A DNA stretch of 64,000 nt from the NCBI GenBank assembly GCA_030740435.1, contig JASLXG010000039.1, positions 595 to 64,594 of the forward strand. The letters run 5' to 3'. A program made the position numbers and the translations under genes. The DNA comes from Alphaproteobacteria bacterium. Its GTDB lineage: Bacteria > Pseudomonadota > Alphaproteobacteria > UBA2966. Each line of letters opens with the position of its first letter. The stretch's first letter is position 1. Below the pieces are notes generated by a model that was given only the letters and a program-made list of their open reading frames with translations, searched no databases and was not told the DNA's origin. This document shows positions 56,074 through 64,000 of the stretch, one piece after another.

Positions 56074-56657
56074 ACAAGAGCGGGAAGCCCGAACAAAACG
56101 GCGAGGATCCTGGCGGGATCGAAGCCGGCGAAGAAGGCAGCCTGCTTATCGTCGACGACGATGAGCCCTTTCGAGCCCGCCTGAGCCGGGCCATGGAAAG
56201 CCGGGGCTTTGACGTCAGCGCGGCCAGTGGCATCAGCGATGCCGTGGATCTGGCGAGGCGCGCCCGGCCGGCCTTCGCCGTGGTCGACCTCAAGCTGCTG
56301 GACGGCTCGGGCCTCGATATCGTGCCCGAGCTGCGTGAGATCCGTGCCGATATGCGCATCATCATCCTCACCGGCTACGGCAACATCGCCACCGCGGTGG
56401 CGGCGGTGAAGCAGGGCGCCGTCGACTACCTGGCCAAGCCGGCCGATGCCGACGCCATCGTTGCCGCCCTGATGGCCGGCGATGACGAACGGCCGCCGCC
56501 GCCGGAGCGGCCGATGTCGGCCGACCGGGTGCGCTGGGAGCACATTCAGCGGGTCTTCGAAATGTGCGACCGCAACGTCTCGGAAACCGCCCGGCGCCTC
56601 AACATGCACCGGCGCACCCTGCAGCGCATCCTGGCCAAGCACTCGCCGCGCGAATGA
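56070..56657 (+). CDS. regA: Redox response regulator RegA/PrrA/ActR
   Basis: MSADRVRWEHIQRV..NVSETARRLNMHRRTLQRILAK. Confidence 0.97.
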   Translation: MNKSGKPEQNGEDPGGIEAGEEGSLLIVDDDEPFRARLSRAMESRGFDVSAASGISDAVDLARRARPAFAVVDLKLLDGSGLDIVPELREIRADMRIIILTGYGNIATAVAAVKQGAVDYLAKPADADAIVAALMAGDDERPPPPERPMSADRVRWEHIQRVFEMCDRNVSETARRLNMHRRTLQRILAKHSPRE

Positions 56658-57427
56658 CCGGCGCCGCCAGCCTGCCCCCCAGCCCGTCCCCCAGACTGCC
56701 CACCGGGCACCGGGTCTTTGCCGTGGGCGACATCCACGGCCGGGTCGATCTCTTGCGCACCCTCCATAGCCGCATCCGCCGCGAGCTCGAGACCAAGCCT
56801 TCGGGCCGCAACCTCATCGTCTATCTCGGCGACTACATCGACCGCGGCGGCCACAGCCGGGAGGTCGTCGATTGTCTGCTCGACGATGGCGTGGCCGGCG
56901 CCGAGGCGGTGCATCTGATGGGCAATCACGAGGAGTTCCTGCTCACCTTCCTCGACGCTCCGGAAGACAACTCGGTCTGGCTCTTCAACGGCGGCGACGC
57001 CACGCTGGGCAACTACGGCGTCGATGTCAGCGATCCCACCCTGCAGGCCGACGGCTTGACCTGGTTGCGCGACGAACTGGTGCGGCACCTGCCCCCCAGG
57101 CACCTCGATTTCTTCCGCCGCCTGACCTACTGGCACAGCGAGGGCGATTTCTTTTTCGTCCATGCCGGCCTGCGCCCCGGCGTGGCGCTGGAGGAACAGA
57201 GCCGGCACGACATGCTGTGGATCCGCCACGAGTTCCTCGAATCGACGGCCGACTTCGGCAAGATCGTGGTGCACGGCCACTCGCCGCTGAACGAGGTTTG
57301 CCAGCGGCCCAACCGCATCGGCATCGATACCGGGGCCTATTCCACTGACGTGCTTACGGCCATCGTGCTCGAGGGCAGCGAGCGGCACTTCATCCAGACC
57401 GGGGCGCAATCCGGGATCGCGGCCTGA
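56654..57427 (+). CDS. PPP-family metallophosphoesterase (Ser/Thr phosphatase-like)
   Basis: GDIHG, GDYIDRG, GNHE, VHAG, HGHS, IDTGA; ATGA overlap with regA. Confidence 0.92.
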   Translation: MTGAASLPPSPSPRLPTGHRVFAVGDIHGRVDLLRTLHSRIRRELETKPSGRNLIVYLGDYIDRGGHSREVVDCLLDDGVAGAEAVHLMGNHEEFLLTFLDAPEDNSVWLFNGGDATLGNYGVDVSDPTLQADGLTWLRDELVRHLPPRHLDFFRRLTYWHSEGDFFFVHAGLRPGVALEEQSRHDMLWIRHEFLESTADFGKIVVHGHSPLNEVCQRPNRIGIDTGAYSTDVLTAIVLEGSERHFIQTGAQSGIAA

Positions 57428-57505
57428 AGGGCAGGCCGCTGCCGGCGTCTGGCGGCCACAAAAGCCGTGTCGCAAGCCGGACTTTAGGCTAAAAGAGTTC
57501 GCGAT

Positions 57506-58996
57506 ATGGTCGATCCCGCAACCATCGCCACACGCCTCGAGGGCTTGGCCGGGGTGCGCGTGTTGGTGGTCGGTGACGTCATGCTCGACCAATACGTCTC
57601 GGGTTCCGTCGAGCGGGTGTCGCCAGAGGCACCGATCCCGGTGCTGCGCATCGAACACCAACAGAGCGCGCTGGGCGGTGCCGGCAACGTCGCCCGCAAC
57701 GTCGCCGCGCTGGGCGGCCGGGCCAGCCTGCTGGCCAGCGTCGGCGACGACGAGGCCGGCCGCCGGGTGGGGGCGCTGCTGGCGGCCGAGCCAAACATCG
57801 AACCGGCCTTGATCGAAGTGGCGGGCCGCCCGACCACGGTCAAGACCCGCTACCTGGCGGCTGGCCAACAGCTCCTGCGCAGCGACCTCGACGCCCCCGG
57901 CGAGCTGCCCGAAGCGAGCCGCCAGGCCCTGGCCGAGGCGGCCACCCGGATCCTCGCGGACAGCGATATCGTGGTGCTTTCCGATTATGCCAAGGGCACG
58001 CTGGGCGCGGCGTTCTTGGGCGATCTGATCGCCGCCGCCGGGGCTGCCGGCAAGGAGGTCGTCGCCGATCCCAAGAGCGCCGACTTCAGCCGCTACGCCG
58101 GCGTCACGCTGCTCACCCCCAACCGGGCAGAACTCGAGCTGGCCGGCGGCCGCGCCATCACCGACGACGCCAGCGCCGAGGCCGCGGCCCGGGCCGTGGC
58201 GAACCAACACGGCCTGGCCGCCGTGCTGCTGACCCGTGGCGCCCAGGGCATGACCCTGGTCGATCTGCGCCAAGATGGCGAAGGCGTGGTGCATTTGCCG
58301 GTCCAAGTCCGCGAAGTGTTCGACGTCTCAGGCGCCGGCGATACCGTGGTGGCGACCATGGCCCTGGCCCGCGGCGCCGGTTGCCGGCTGGGCGAGGCGG
58401 CCGAATTGGCCAATCTGACGGCCGGCATCGTGGTCGGCAAGGTGGGCACCGCGGCGGTCTATCCGGGCGAGGTGATGGCTGCCGCGGAGGGCGCCTGGGG
58501 CGCCGGCCAACGGCCCGAAGCCAAGGTGCTGGAGTTGGCCCCGGCGCTGGAGGTGGTGGAACGCTGGCGCCGCCAGGGCGAACGCCTGGTCTTCACCAAC
58601 GGCTGCTTCGACCTGCCGCACCCGGGCCACGTTGCGCTTCTGGAGCGCGCCCGGGCGGCCGGCGACCGCCTGGTGGTGGGCCTCAACGGCGATGCCTCGG
58701 TGACCCGGCTCAAGGGTGCCGGCCGGCCGATCCAGGGCGAGGCGGCCCGGGCCACGGTGCTGGCCTCGTTCGCCGCCGTCGACCTGGTGGTGATCTTCGC
58801 CGCCGATACGCCGCGCCAGCTGATCGAAGCCTTGCGTCCGGACCTCTTGGTCAAAGGCGCCGATTACAGCCTCGATCAGGTGGTGGGGGCGGACATCGTG
58901 GCCGGCTATGGCGGCCAAGTGATGCTGGTCGAGCTCGAGCCCGGCCACAGCACCAGCCAAACCATCGCCCGTCTGGCGGCGGAGGGAGAAGACTGA
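57506..58996 (+). CDS. hldE: Bifunctional heptose-7-phosphate kinase / heptose-1-phosphate adenylyltransferase
   Basis: RVSPEAPIPV, SDYAKG, DVSGAGDTV, FTNGCFD..HPGH, VKGADY. Confidence 0.96.
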   Translation: MVDPATIATRLEGLAGVRVLVVGDVMLDQYVSGSVERVSPEAPIPVLRIEHQQSALGGAGNVARNVAALGGRASLLASVGDDEAGRRVGALLAAEPNIEPALIEVAGRPTTVKTRYLAAGQQLLRSDLDAPGELPEASRQALAEAATRILADSDIVVLSDYAKGTLGAAFLGDLIAAAGAAGKEVVADPKSADFSRYAGVTLLTPNRAELELAGGRAITDDASAEAAARAVANQHGLAAVLLTRGAQGMTLVDLRQDGEGVVHLPVQVREVFDVSGAGDTVVATMALARGAGCRLGEAAELANLTAGIVVGKVGTAAVYPGEVMAAAEGAWGAGQRPEAKVLELAPALEVVERWRRQGERLVFTNGCFDLPHPGHVALLERARAAGDRLVVGLNGDASVTRLKGAGRPIQGEAARATVLASFAAVDLVVIFAADTPRQLIEALRPDLLVKGADYSLDQVVGADIVAGYGGQVMLVELEPGHSTSQTIARLAAEGED

Positions 58997-58997
58997 G

Positions 58998-59984
58998 GTG
59001 ATCGTGGTGACCGGCGCCGCCGGCTTCATCGGCTCCAACATCGTGGCCGCCCTGGAAGCCCGGGGCGAGAGCGATATCGTGGCCTGCGACCGCCTGGGCG
59101 GCGACGAGAGCTGGCGCAACCTGGCCAAGCGCGAACTGGTCGACATCGTGGCGCCGGAAAAGCTCTTCGGCTTTCTCAAACGCCTTGGCTCCGAGGTCTC
59201 CACTATCTTTCACATGGGGGCGGTGTCGTCGACCACCACCAGCGACGCCGCCCACACCATCGAGAACAACCTGCACTTTCCCCTCAGGCTGTGGCAGTGG
59301 TGCGCCGACAACCAGGTGCGCCTGATCTATGCCTCCTCGGCCGCGACCTACGGCGATGGCAGCCAGGGCTTCGACGACGACGGCTCGGTGGCCGGCCTGG
59401 CGGCGCTTAAGCCGCTCAATCTCTATGGCTGGAGCAAGCACCTCTTCGACCGCCGCGTGGCGCGCCTGGTGAGCCAGCGCCGGCCGGCACCGGCGCAGTG
59501 GGTGGGGCTCAAGTTCTTCAACGTCTACGGTCCCAACGAATACCACAAGGGCGAGATGCAAAGCCTGGTCTCCAAGACCCACCAGCGCCTGGCCGCCGGC
59601 CGGCCGGCCTACCTTTTCCGTTCGCACCACGCGGACTATGCCGACGGCGGCCAGTTGCGCGACTTCGTTTCGGTCGACGATTGCCTCGACGTGATGATGT
59701 GGCTCTATGACCAGCCGGCGGTCAACGGCCTCTTCAACCTGGGCACGGGCCAGGCCCGCAGCTTCCAGGATCTCGTTCTGGCCGTCTTCAAGGCGCTGGA
59801 CCGCGAGCCCGAGATCGAATGGGGCGACACGCCCGAGAGCATCCGCGACAAGTACCAGTACTTCACCGAGGCCCGCATGGAGCGCCTGCGCGCCGCCGGC
59901 TACCAACGTCCCTTCCGCACCCTGGAAGCCGGCGTCGGCGCTTACGTCAAGGATTTCCTGGAACAGCCGGACCCCTATCGCTAG
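58998..59984 (+). CDS. hldD: ADP-L-glycero-D-manno-heptose 6-epimerase
   Basis: TGAAGFIGSN, YASSAATYG, YGWSK, FNVYGPNEYHKG, KYQYFTEA. Confidence 0.96.
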   Translation: MIVVTGAAGFIGSNIVAALEARGESDIVACDRLGGDESWRNLAKRELVDIVAPEKLFGFLKRLGSEVSTIFHMGAVSSTTTSDAAHTIENNLHFPLRLWQWCADNQVRLIYASSAATYGDGSQGFDDDGSVAGLAALKPLNLYGWSKHLFDRRVARLVSQRRPAPAQWVGLKFFNVYGPNEYHKGEMQSLVSKTHQRLAAGRPAYLFRSHHADYADGGQLRDFVSVDDCLDVMMWLYDQPAVNGLFNLGTGQARSFQDLVLAVFKALDREPEIEWGDTPESIRDKYQYFTEARMERLRAAGYQRPFRTLEAGVGAYVKDFLEQPDPYR

Positions 59985-60436
59985 GAATTTTCGTCCTGTT
60001 GGCGCTGCAGGCGCTCGGCGGCGGCGCGGGCGAAGCGCAGCGTCAGGGCCCGGCGGCGGTTGGCGTTGAGCCGGCGCCGGGGTGCCGGGCGGGCGACATC
60101 GGCGCCAAAGCGGTCGGCGATCATCAGTCCGTGTTCCGCGGGCAATTCGGCGCGGGGGAAATCGGCCGCCACGGCAAAGTAAAAAAAATCGCAGTAATCA
60201 AGGTATTCCGGCCATTTGCGGTCGGCCCGCAAGTCGCCCAGGCTGGCCTTGATCTCGGCCACGGCGACCGTGCCGCGGCGGTCGATGGCGGCCACGTCGA
60301 CGCGCCGGCCGTTGCCCAGGGGAAACTCGACCAGCGGCGCGAATCCCCTGTCGAGGAAGGCCCGGCAGACGCCGCGGGCCAAGTCCCGGGCCTCCGGGCC
60401 GTCGGCCTTTTCCGCCTTGCCGTCGTGCTCACCCAT
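59981..60436 (-). CDS. mmcB: MmcB (DUF1052) DNA repair nuclease-like protein
   Basis: RGVCR..GRRVDV..EIKAS..DLRADRKWPEYLDYCDFFYFAV. Confidence 0.9.
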   Translation of the reverse strand: MGEHDGKAEKADGPEARDLARGVCRAFLDRGFAPLVEFPLGNGRRVDVAAIDRRGTVAVAEIKASLGDLRADRKWPEYLDYCDFFYFAVAADFPRAELPAEHGLMIADRFGADVARPAPRRRLNANRRRALTLRFARAAAERLQRQQDENS

Positions 60437-60515
60437 GGTTGCCACTCCCCCGCCATTGTAGCCGAGTGCCACCAGCTTGCGATAACATGGCGTTCTCGGC
60501 AAAGGGAGTAAGACC

Positions 60516-61193
60516 ATGGCGAAGGAACGTCGGTGGGGACGTGAAGGGGCGTTGCTGGGTTTGGGGTTGCTGCTGCTGCCGGCCGGCGCCGGCGCCGGCG
60601 AGCCGGTGGCCATCGTCGAGGACATCCAGGCGGCCGGTAGCAAGGTCCAGTTCATGGATTATCTGGAACTGGGCCAGGTCGTCGAGTTGGGGGCGGGCGG
60701 CCAGCTTGTGCTGGGTTATTTGCGATCCTGTCAGCAGGAAAGCATCAGCGGCGGCCGGGTTACCGTGGGGCGTGAACAGAGCCAGGTCGAAGGCGGCCAG
60801 GTGGCACGCGAGTTGGTCGAGTGCGACGGCGGCAAGCCCAGGCTGGGCAGCGATACCAAGGGCAAGAGCGGTGTCATGGTGTTTCGGGCGCCGCCCAAGA
60901 AAAGCGCCGCCGCCCGCCATGAGCTCAAGCTGACGATCTATGGTGCCAGCCCCATTTTCGTGGTCGGCAATGGCGCCTCCGGCAGCCTCACCGTCGAACG
61001 CCTCGACCGTCCCGGCGAGCCCCTGGAGCTGGAGCTCGAGGCCGGCCGCGTCGACTTGGTCGAGGCCGACGAGGAACTGGCGCCGGGCGGCATCTACCGC
61101 GCCAGCGGCGGCAAAGGGACAATCGTCTTCCGGGTCGACCGCTACGCCCGGCCAGGTGCCGAGCCGCTGCTTTCGCGTCTGGTGCAGTTCTAG
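60516..61193 (+). CDS. Hypothetical exported beta-rich protein
   Basis: GGGAG SD, signal peptide ending AGA, two Cys, Gly/Val-rich strands; 30 bp before the cyclase. Confidence 0.8.
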   Translation: MAKERRWGREGALLGLGLLLLPAGAGAGEPVAIVEDIQAAGSKVQFMDYLELGQVVELGAGGQLVLGYLRSCQQESISGGRVTVGREQSQVEGGQVARELVECDGGKPRLGSDTKGKSGVMVFRAPPKKSAAARHELKLTIYGASPIFVVGNGASGSLTVERLDRPGEPLELELEAGRVDLVEADEELAPGGIYRASGGKGTIVFRVDRYARPGAEPLLSRLVQF

Positions 61194-61223
61194 CTGCCGC
61201 GGTCCAGGGAAGCGGTCGCCAGT

Positions 61224-63363
61224 ATGCGGGCCCGGGACGCACTAGCGGCGCTGGTCATCGCGTTGGCCGTATCCCTGCTGCCACTGCTGCCGCAGGCCGA
61301 GCGCCTGGAAGGATTATCGCTGGACGCCCTGACCTGGCTCCGCCACCAGGCCTTCGCGCCACGCCACGCCCCGGCCCAGTCACCGACCGTGGTCATCGCC
61401 ATCGACGAGGCGACCTACCGGGCCCAGCCCTTCCAGGGCGTGCCCAAGGTCTTCTGGACCCGCGAGATCGGCCAGGTTCTCGATGCCGTGGTCGAGGCCG
61501 GCGCCAAGGTGGTCGGCTTCGACGTCATCTACCCGACCTCGGTCGAACGCTATATCCGCGGCTTCGACCGCGACTTTCTGCTGGCGCTGAGGCGGGCGGC
61601 GGGCGATGGCAAGGTGGTGCTGGGCAAGGTGCAGCACAGCGAACAACCGATCGCCCCCACGCCGGCCAGAGTTTCGCGGTGCGCCACGGCCGTAACATCC
61701 GGGCGCTCAACCTGGTCGAGGACCCGGACGGCGTGATCCGCCGTATCCCCTTGTTCCTGACGGCCGAGGGGACGGCCGGCCAGAGCCGCCAGGAACCCTC
61801 GATGGCGCTGGAACTGGCGGCGCGGGCCCTCGACGTGCAGCCGGAATCTATCGGCAACGGGGCCGGCGGCGGCCTGGCCCTGGCGGGATACCGAATTCCC
61901 GGCTCGGCCGGCAACGCCATGGCCATCGATTTCGACACCCAGCCCGGGGCGCTGCCGACGTATTCCTTTGCCGACCTGCAGGCCTGCGCGGCGGCCGGCG
62001 ACGGCGACTATTTCGCCCGCCACTTCGCCGGCAAGGTGGTGCTGCTGGGCGGCGTGCTCGACGTCGAGGATCGCAAGCTGACGACCATGCGCTACGCCAC
62101 TTCGGCCGACGGCGCGGCGCCGCCGCCGGCCTGCCGCGAGGCCGGCACGCCGGCCCCACCAGGCTTCGCCCGCGACACCATTGCCGGCGTCTACATCCAC
62201 GCCCAGGCCGTCAACAACCTGCTGCGCGGCGAGGCCTTGGCCGAGCTGGGGCCGTTGGCCTATTGGCTCTGGTCGCTACCGCTGACGCTGCTGGCGGCGT
62301 TGTTGACCATGCTGCTCAGGCCGTTGCCGGCGGGTTCGCTGCTGCTGTTGGCTGGGATCGGCTGGACGGCGCTCGCGACTTTCGCCTTCCAAAGCGGCGC
62401 CGTGCTGCCGCTGTTTGATCCGCTGCTCTCGGGCGGGCTTTCCTGCGCCGCGCTGCTGGGCTACCGCTTCGCCGTCAGCGACCGCGACCGGCGCCTGCTG
62501 CGGCGTTCCTTCGCGCTCTACCTGGCGCCGGCCGTGATCGACCGCATGGTGGACGGCCAGCGCCTGCCCGAGCTGGGCGGCGAGACCCGCCAGCTCAGCG
62601 TCTGGTTCTCCGACATCGAGAAGTTCTCGGGTCTTTCCGAGGGCTTGGCGCCGGCCGAACTGGTGCGATTTCTCAATGTCTACCTTTCGGCATGAGCGAC
62701 ATCGTCGAGGCCCACGGCGGCTTCGTCGACAAATACATCGGCGATGCCATCGTCGCCGTCTTCGGGGCGCCGCACGAGGATCCCGATCATGCCCTCAATG
62801 CGGTGCGCTCGGCGCTGGCCTGCCGCCAGCGGCTGGGCGCCATGCAGGCCGAGCTGGGCCTGCCCAACGGAAGCACGCTGAACGCGCGAATCGGTATCAA
62901 TACGGGCCAGATTCTGGTCGGCAACATCGGCTCGCACCGGCGCTTCAACTACACCGTCATGGGCGACGCGGTGAACCTGGCCTCGCGCCTCGAGGGCGTC
63001 AACAAGGCCTACGGCAGCCAGATCATCGCCAGCGGCGAGACCGTGGCGGCCTGCGGCGACGCCATCGTCTTCCGCGAGCTCGACAGCGTCCAGGTGGTGG
63101 GCCGCGAGAGCCCGGTGGCGATCTTCGAGGCGCTGGCCGCTGCCGCCGACTGCCCGGCCCAGAGCCGCAGCCTGGCAACCGCCTACGGGGCTGCCCTGGC
63201 GGCCTATCGCCAACGCCGCTTCGCCCAAGCCGAGGCGGCCTTCGAGGACCTGGCCCAGGCCGGCGACGTGGCCGCCCGCACCCTGGCCGGCCGGGCCCGG
63301 GCGCTGACCCTCGAGCCGCCGCCACCTGACTGGCGGGGCGTGACGGCGCTGGACAGCAAGTAG
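61224..63363 (+). pseudogene. CHASE2-domain class III adenylate cyclase split by two 1-bp frameshifts (ORFs 61224-61736, 61679-62695, 62692-63363)
   Basis: VVIAIDE, VGFDVI, DPDGVIRR, GKVVLLG, GVYIHAQAVNNLL, three TM, FSDIEKFS, DKYIGDA, YTVMGDAVNLASRLEG; may be sequencing error rather than a true pseudogene. Confidence 0.85.
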
Positions 63364-63371
63364 GGCCACGC

Positions 63372-63385
63372 TTGACCAAAGTCAT
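63372..63385. promoter_or_regulatory. Putative FNR/FixK-type box
   Basis: TTGAC-CAAA-GTCAT vs TTGAY-N4-RTCAA, upstream of the Crp/Fnr gene. Confidence 0.45.
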
Positions 63386-63488
63386 GCGGGGTCGCAGGGC
63401 GCGTGTTAGCATCGGGCTGTTTTGACATCGGCGAGATCGTGGAATCAGGTTTGTGAATCCCCCTGGCCTTCATGACGGTGCGACCCGG

Positions 63489-64000
63489 GTGGGGCGTGAG
63501 ATCGTTGATCGCGTCGCCGCCATTCCGCTGTTCTCCGGGCTCGAGGAGGCGGCGGTGGAGAGGCTGCTGCGGGGCTCGTCCGTCGAGACCATCGACCGCG
63601 ACAGCGTGCTCTTTCGCCAGGGCGAGGCCGCTGACCGCTTCTATGTCGTGATCGACGGCCAGGTCGAGCTCTACGTCGAGGGCAACGAGGGCAACGATAG
63701 CGTGATCGACATTGCCGGCCCCGGCGCCAGCTTTGCCGAGGAGGCGATTTTCGACAGCGGCATCTTTACCGTCTGCGCCAAGGTCGTCGACCAGGCTCGC
63801 CTGGTGGTCGTCGAGGCCGACCCCTTCCTCGATCAGCTGCGCAACGATTTCGATCTGGTCACCGCCATCATGGCCCGCATGTCCCATCACCTGCGCACCC
63901 TGGTGCGCCAAATCAGCGAGCTCAAGCTCAAGACCACGGCCCAGCGCCTGGGCGGTTTTCTGCTCAGCCTCAGTGACGACGACAGCGGCCGGGCCACGGT
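63489..64000 (+). CDS. Crp/Fnr family regulator, 3' end outside window (not in ORF track)
   Basis: Hand translation: IPLFSGLE..LFRQGEAADRFYVVIDGQVEL..GPGASFAEEAIF..LKLKTTAQRLGGFLL; GTG start at 63489 or 63453. Confidence 0.9.
   Translation, partial: MGREIVDRVAAIPLFSGLEEAAVERLLRGSSVETIDRDSVLFRQGEAADRFYVVIDGQVELYVEGNEGNDSVIDIAGPGASFAEEAIFDSGIFTVCAKVVDQARLVVVEADPFLDQLRNDFDLVTAIMARMSHHLRTLVRQISELKLKTTAQRLGGFLLSLSDDDSGRAT

Noticed and set aside
60437-60515. LexA box upstream of mmcB
   Set aside because: Only one GTTC half-site; GTTC-N7-GTTC is not satisfied.
62693-62695. TGA read-through as selenocysteine in the cyclase
   Set aside because: Homology continues in a different frame, so it is a frameshift and not recoding.

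Overview
GC-rich (roughly two-thirds G+C by eye) alphaproteobacterial chromosome segment, Rhodospirillales-like in gene order, made almost entirely of core genes. Order: tsaB(partial)-rimI / tusA-like / mucR-fur-miaB-phoH-ybeY-corC-lnt-XRE-metK-trmB; rimP-nusA-ylxR-infB-rbfA-truB-rpsO-pnp-flavin oxidoreductase; irr followed by an ICE box and rubrerythrin-FeS oxidoreductase-DUF3501-MetE-like; then, on the minus strand, mutM...rpsT-rhodanese-dnaA-dnaN-recF-gyrB-PBP1A; ubiE-ubiB-coaBC-dut-rrf2-cysK-moeB; a phaZ/SCO/cbiB-like/ABC/regB-regA neighbourhood; hldE-hldD; mmcB; and an exported protein-CHASE2 adenylate cyclase (two 1-bp frameshifts)-Crp/Fnr module running off the right end. I saw no rRNA, tRNA, CRISPR array, prophage, integrase or transposase. 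Three unrelated non-autonomous palindromic elements sit in intergenic spaces. No unmistakably new system is visible. The best leads are the Irr-controlled rubrerythrin cassette with an appended divergent MetE-like enzyme, the exported protein/CHASE2 cyclase pair, a rhodanese coupled to dnaA, and a covarying palindrome dimer. All calls come from motif recognition by eye; no database searches were run.
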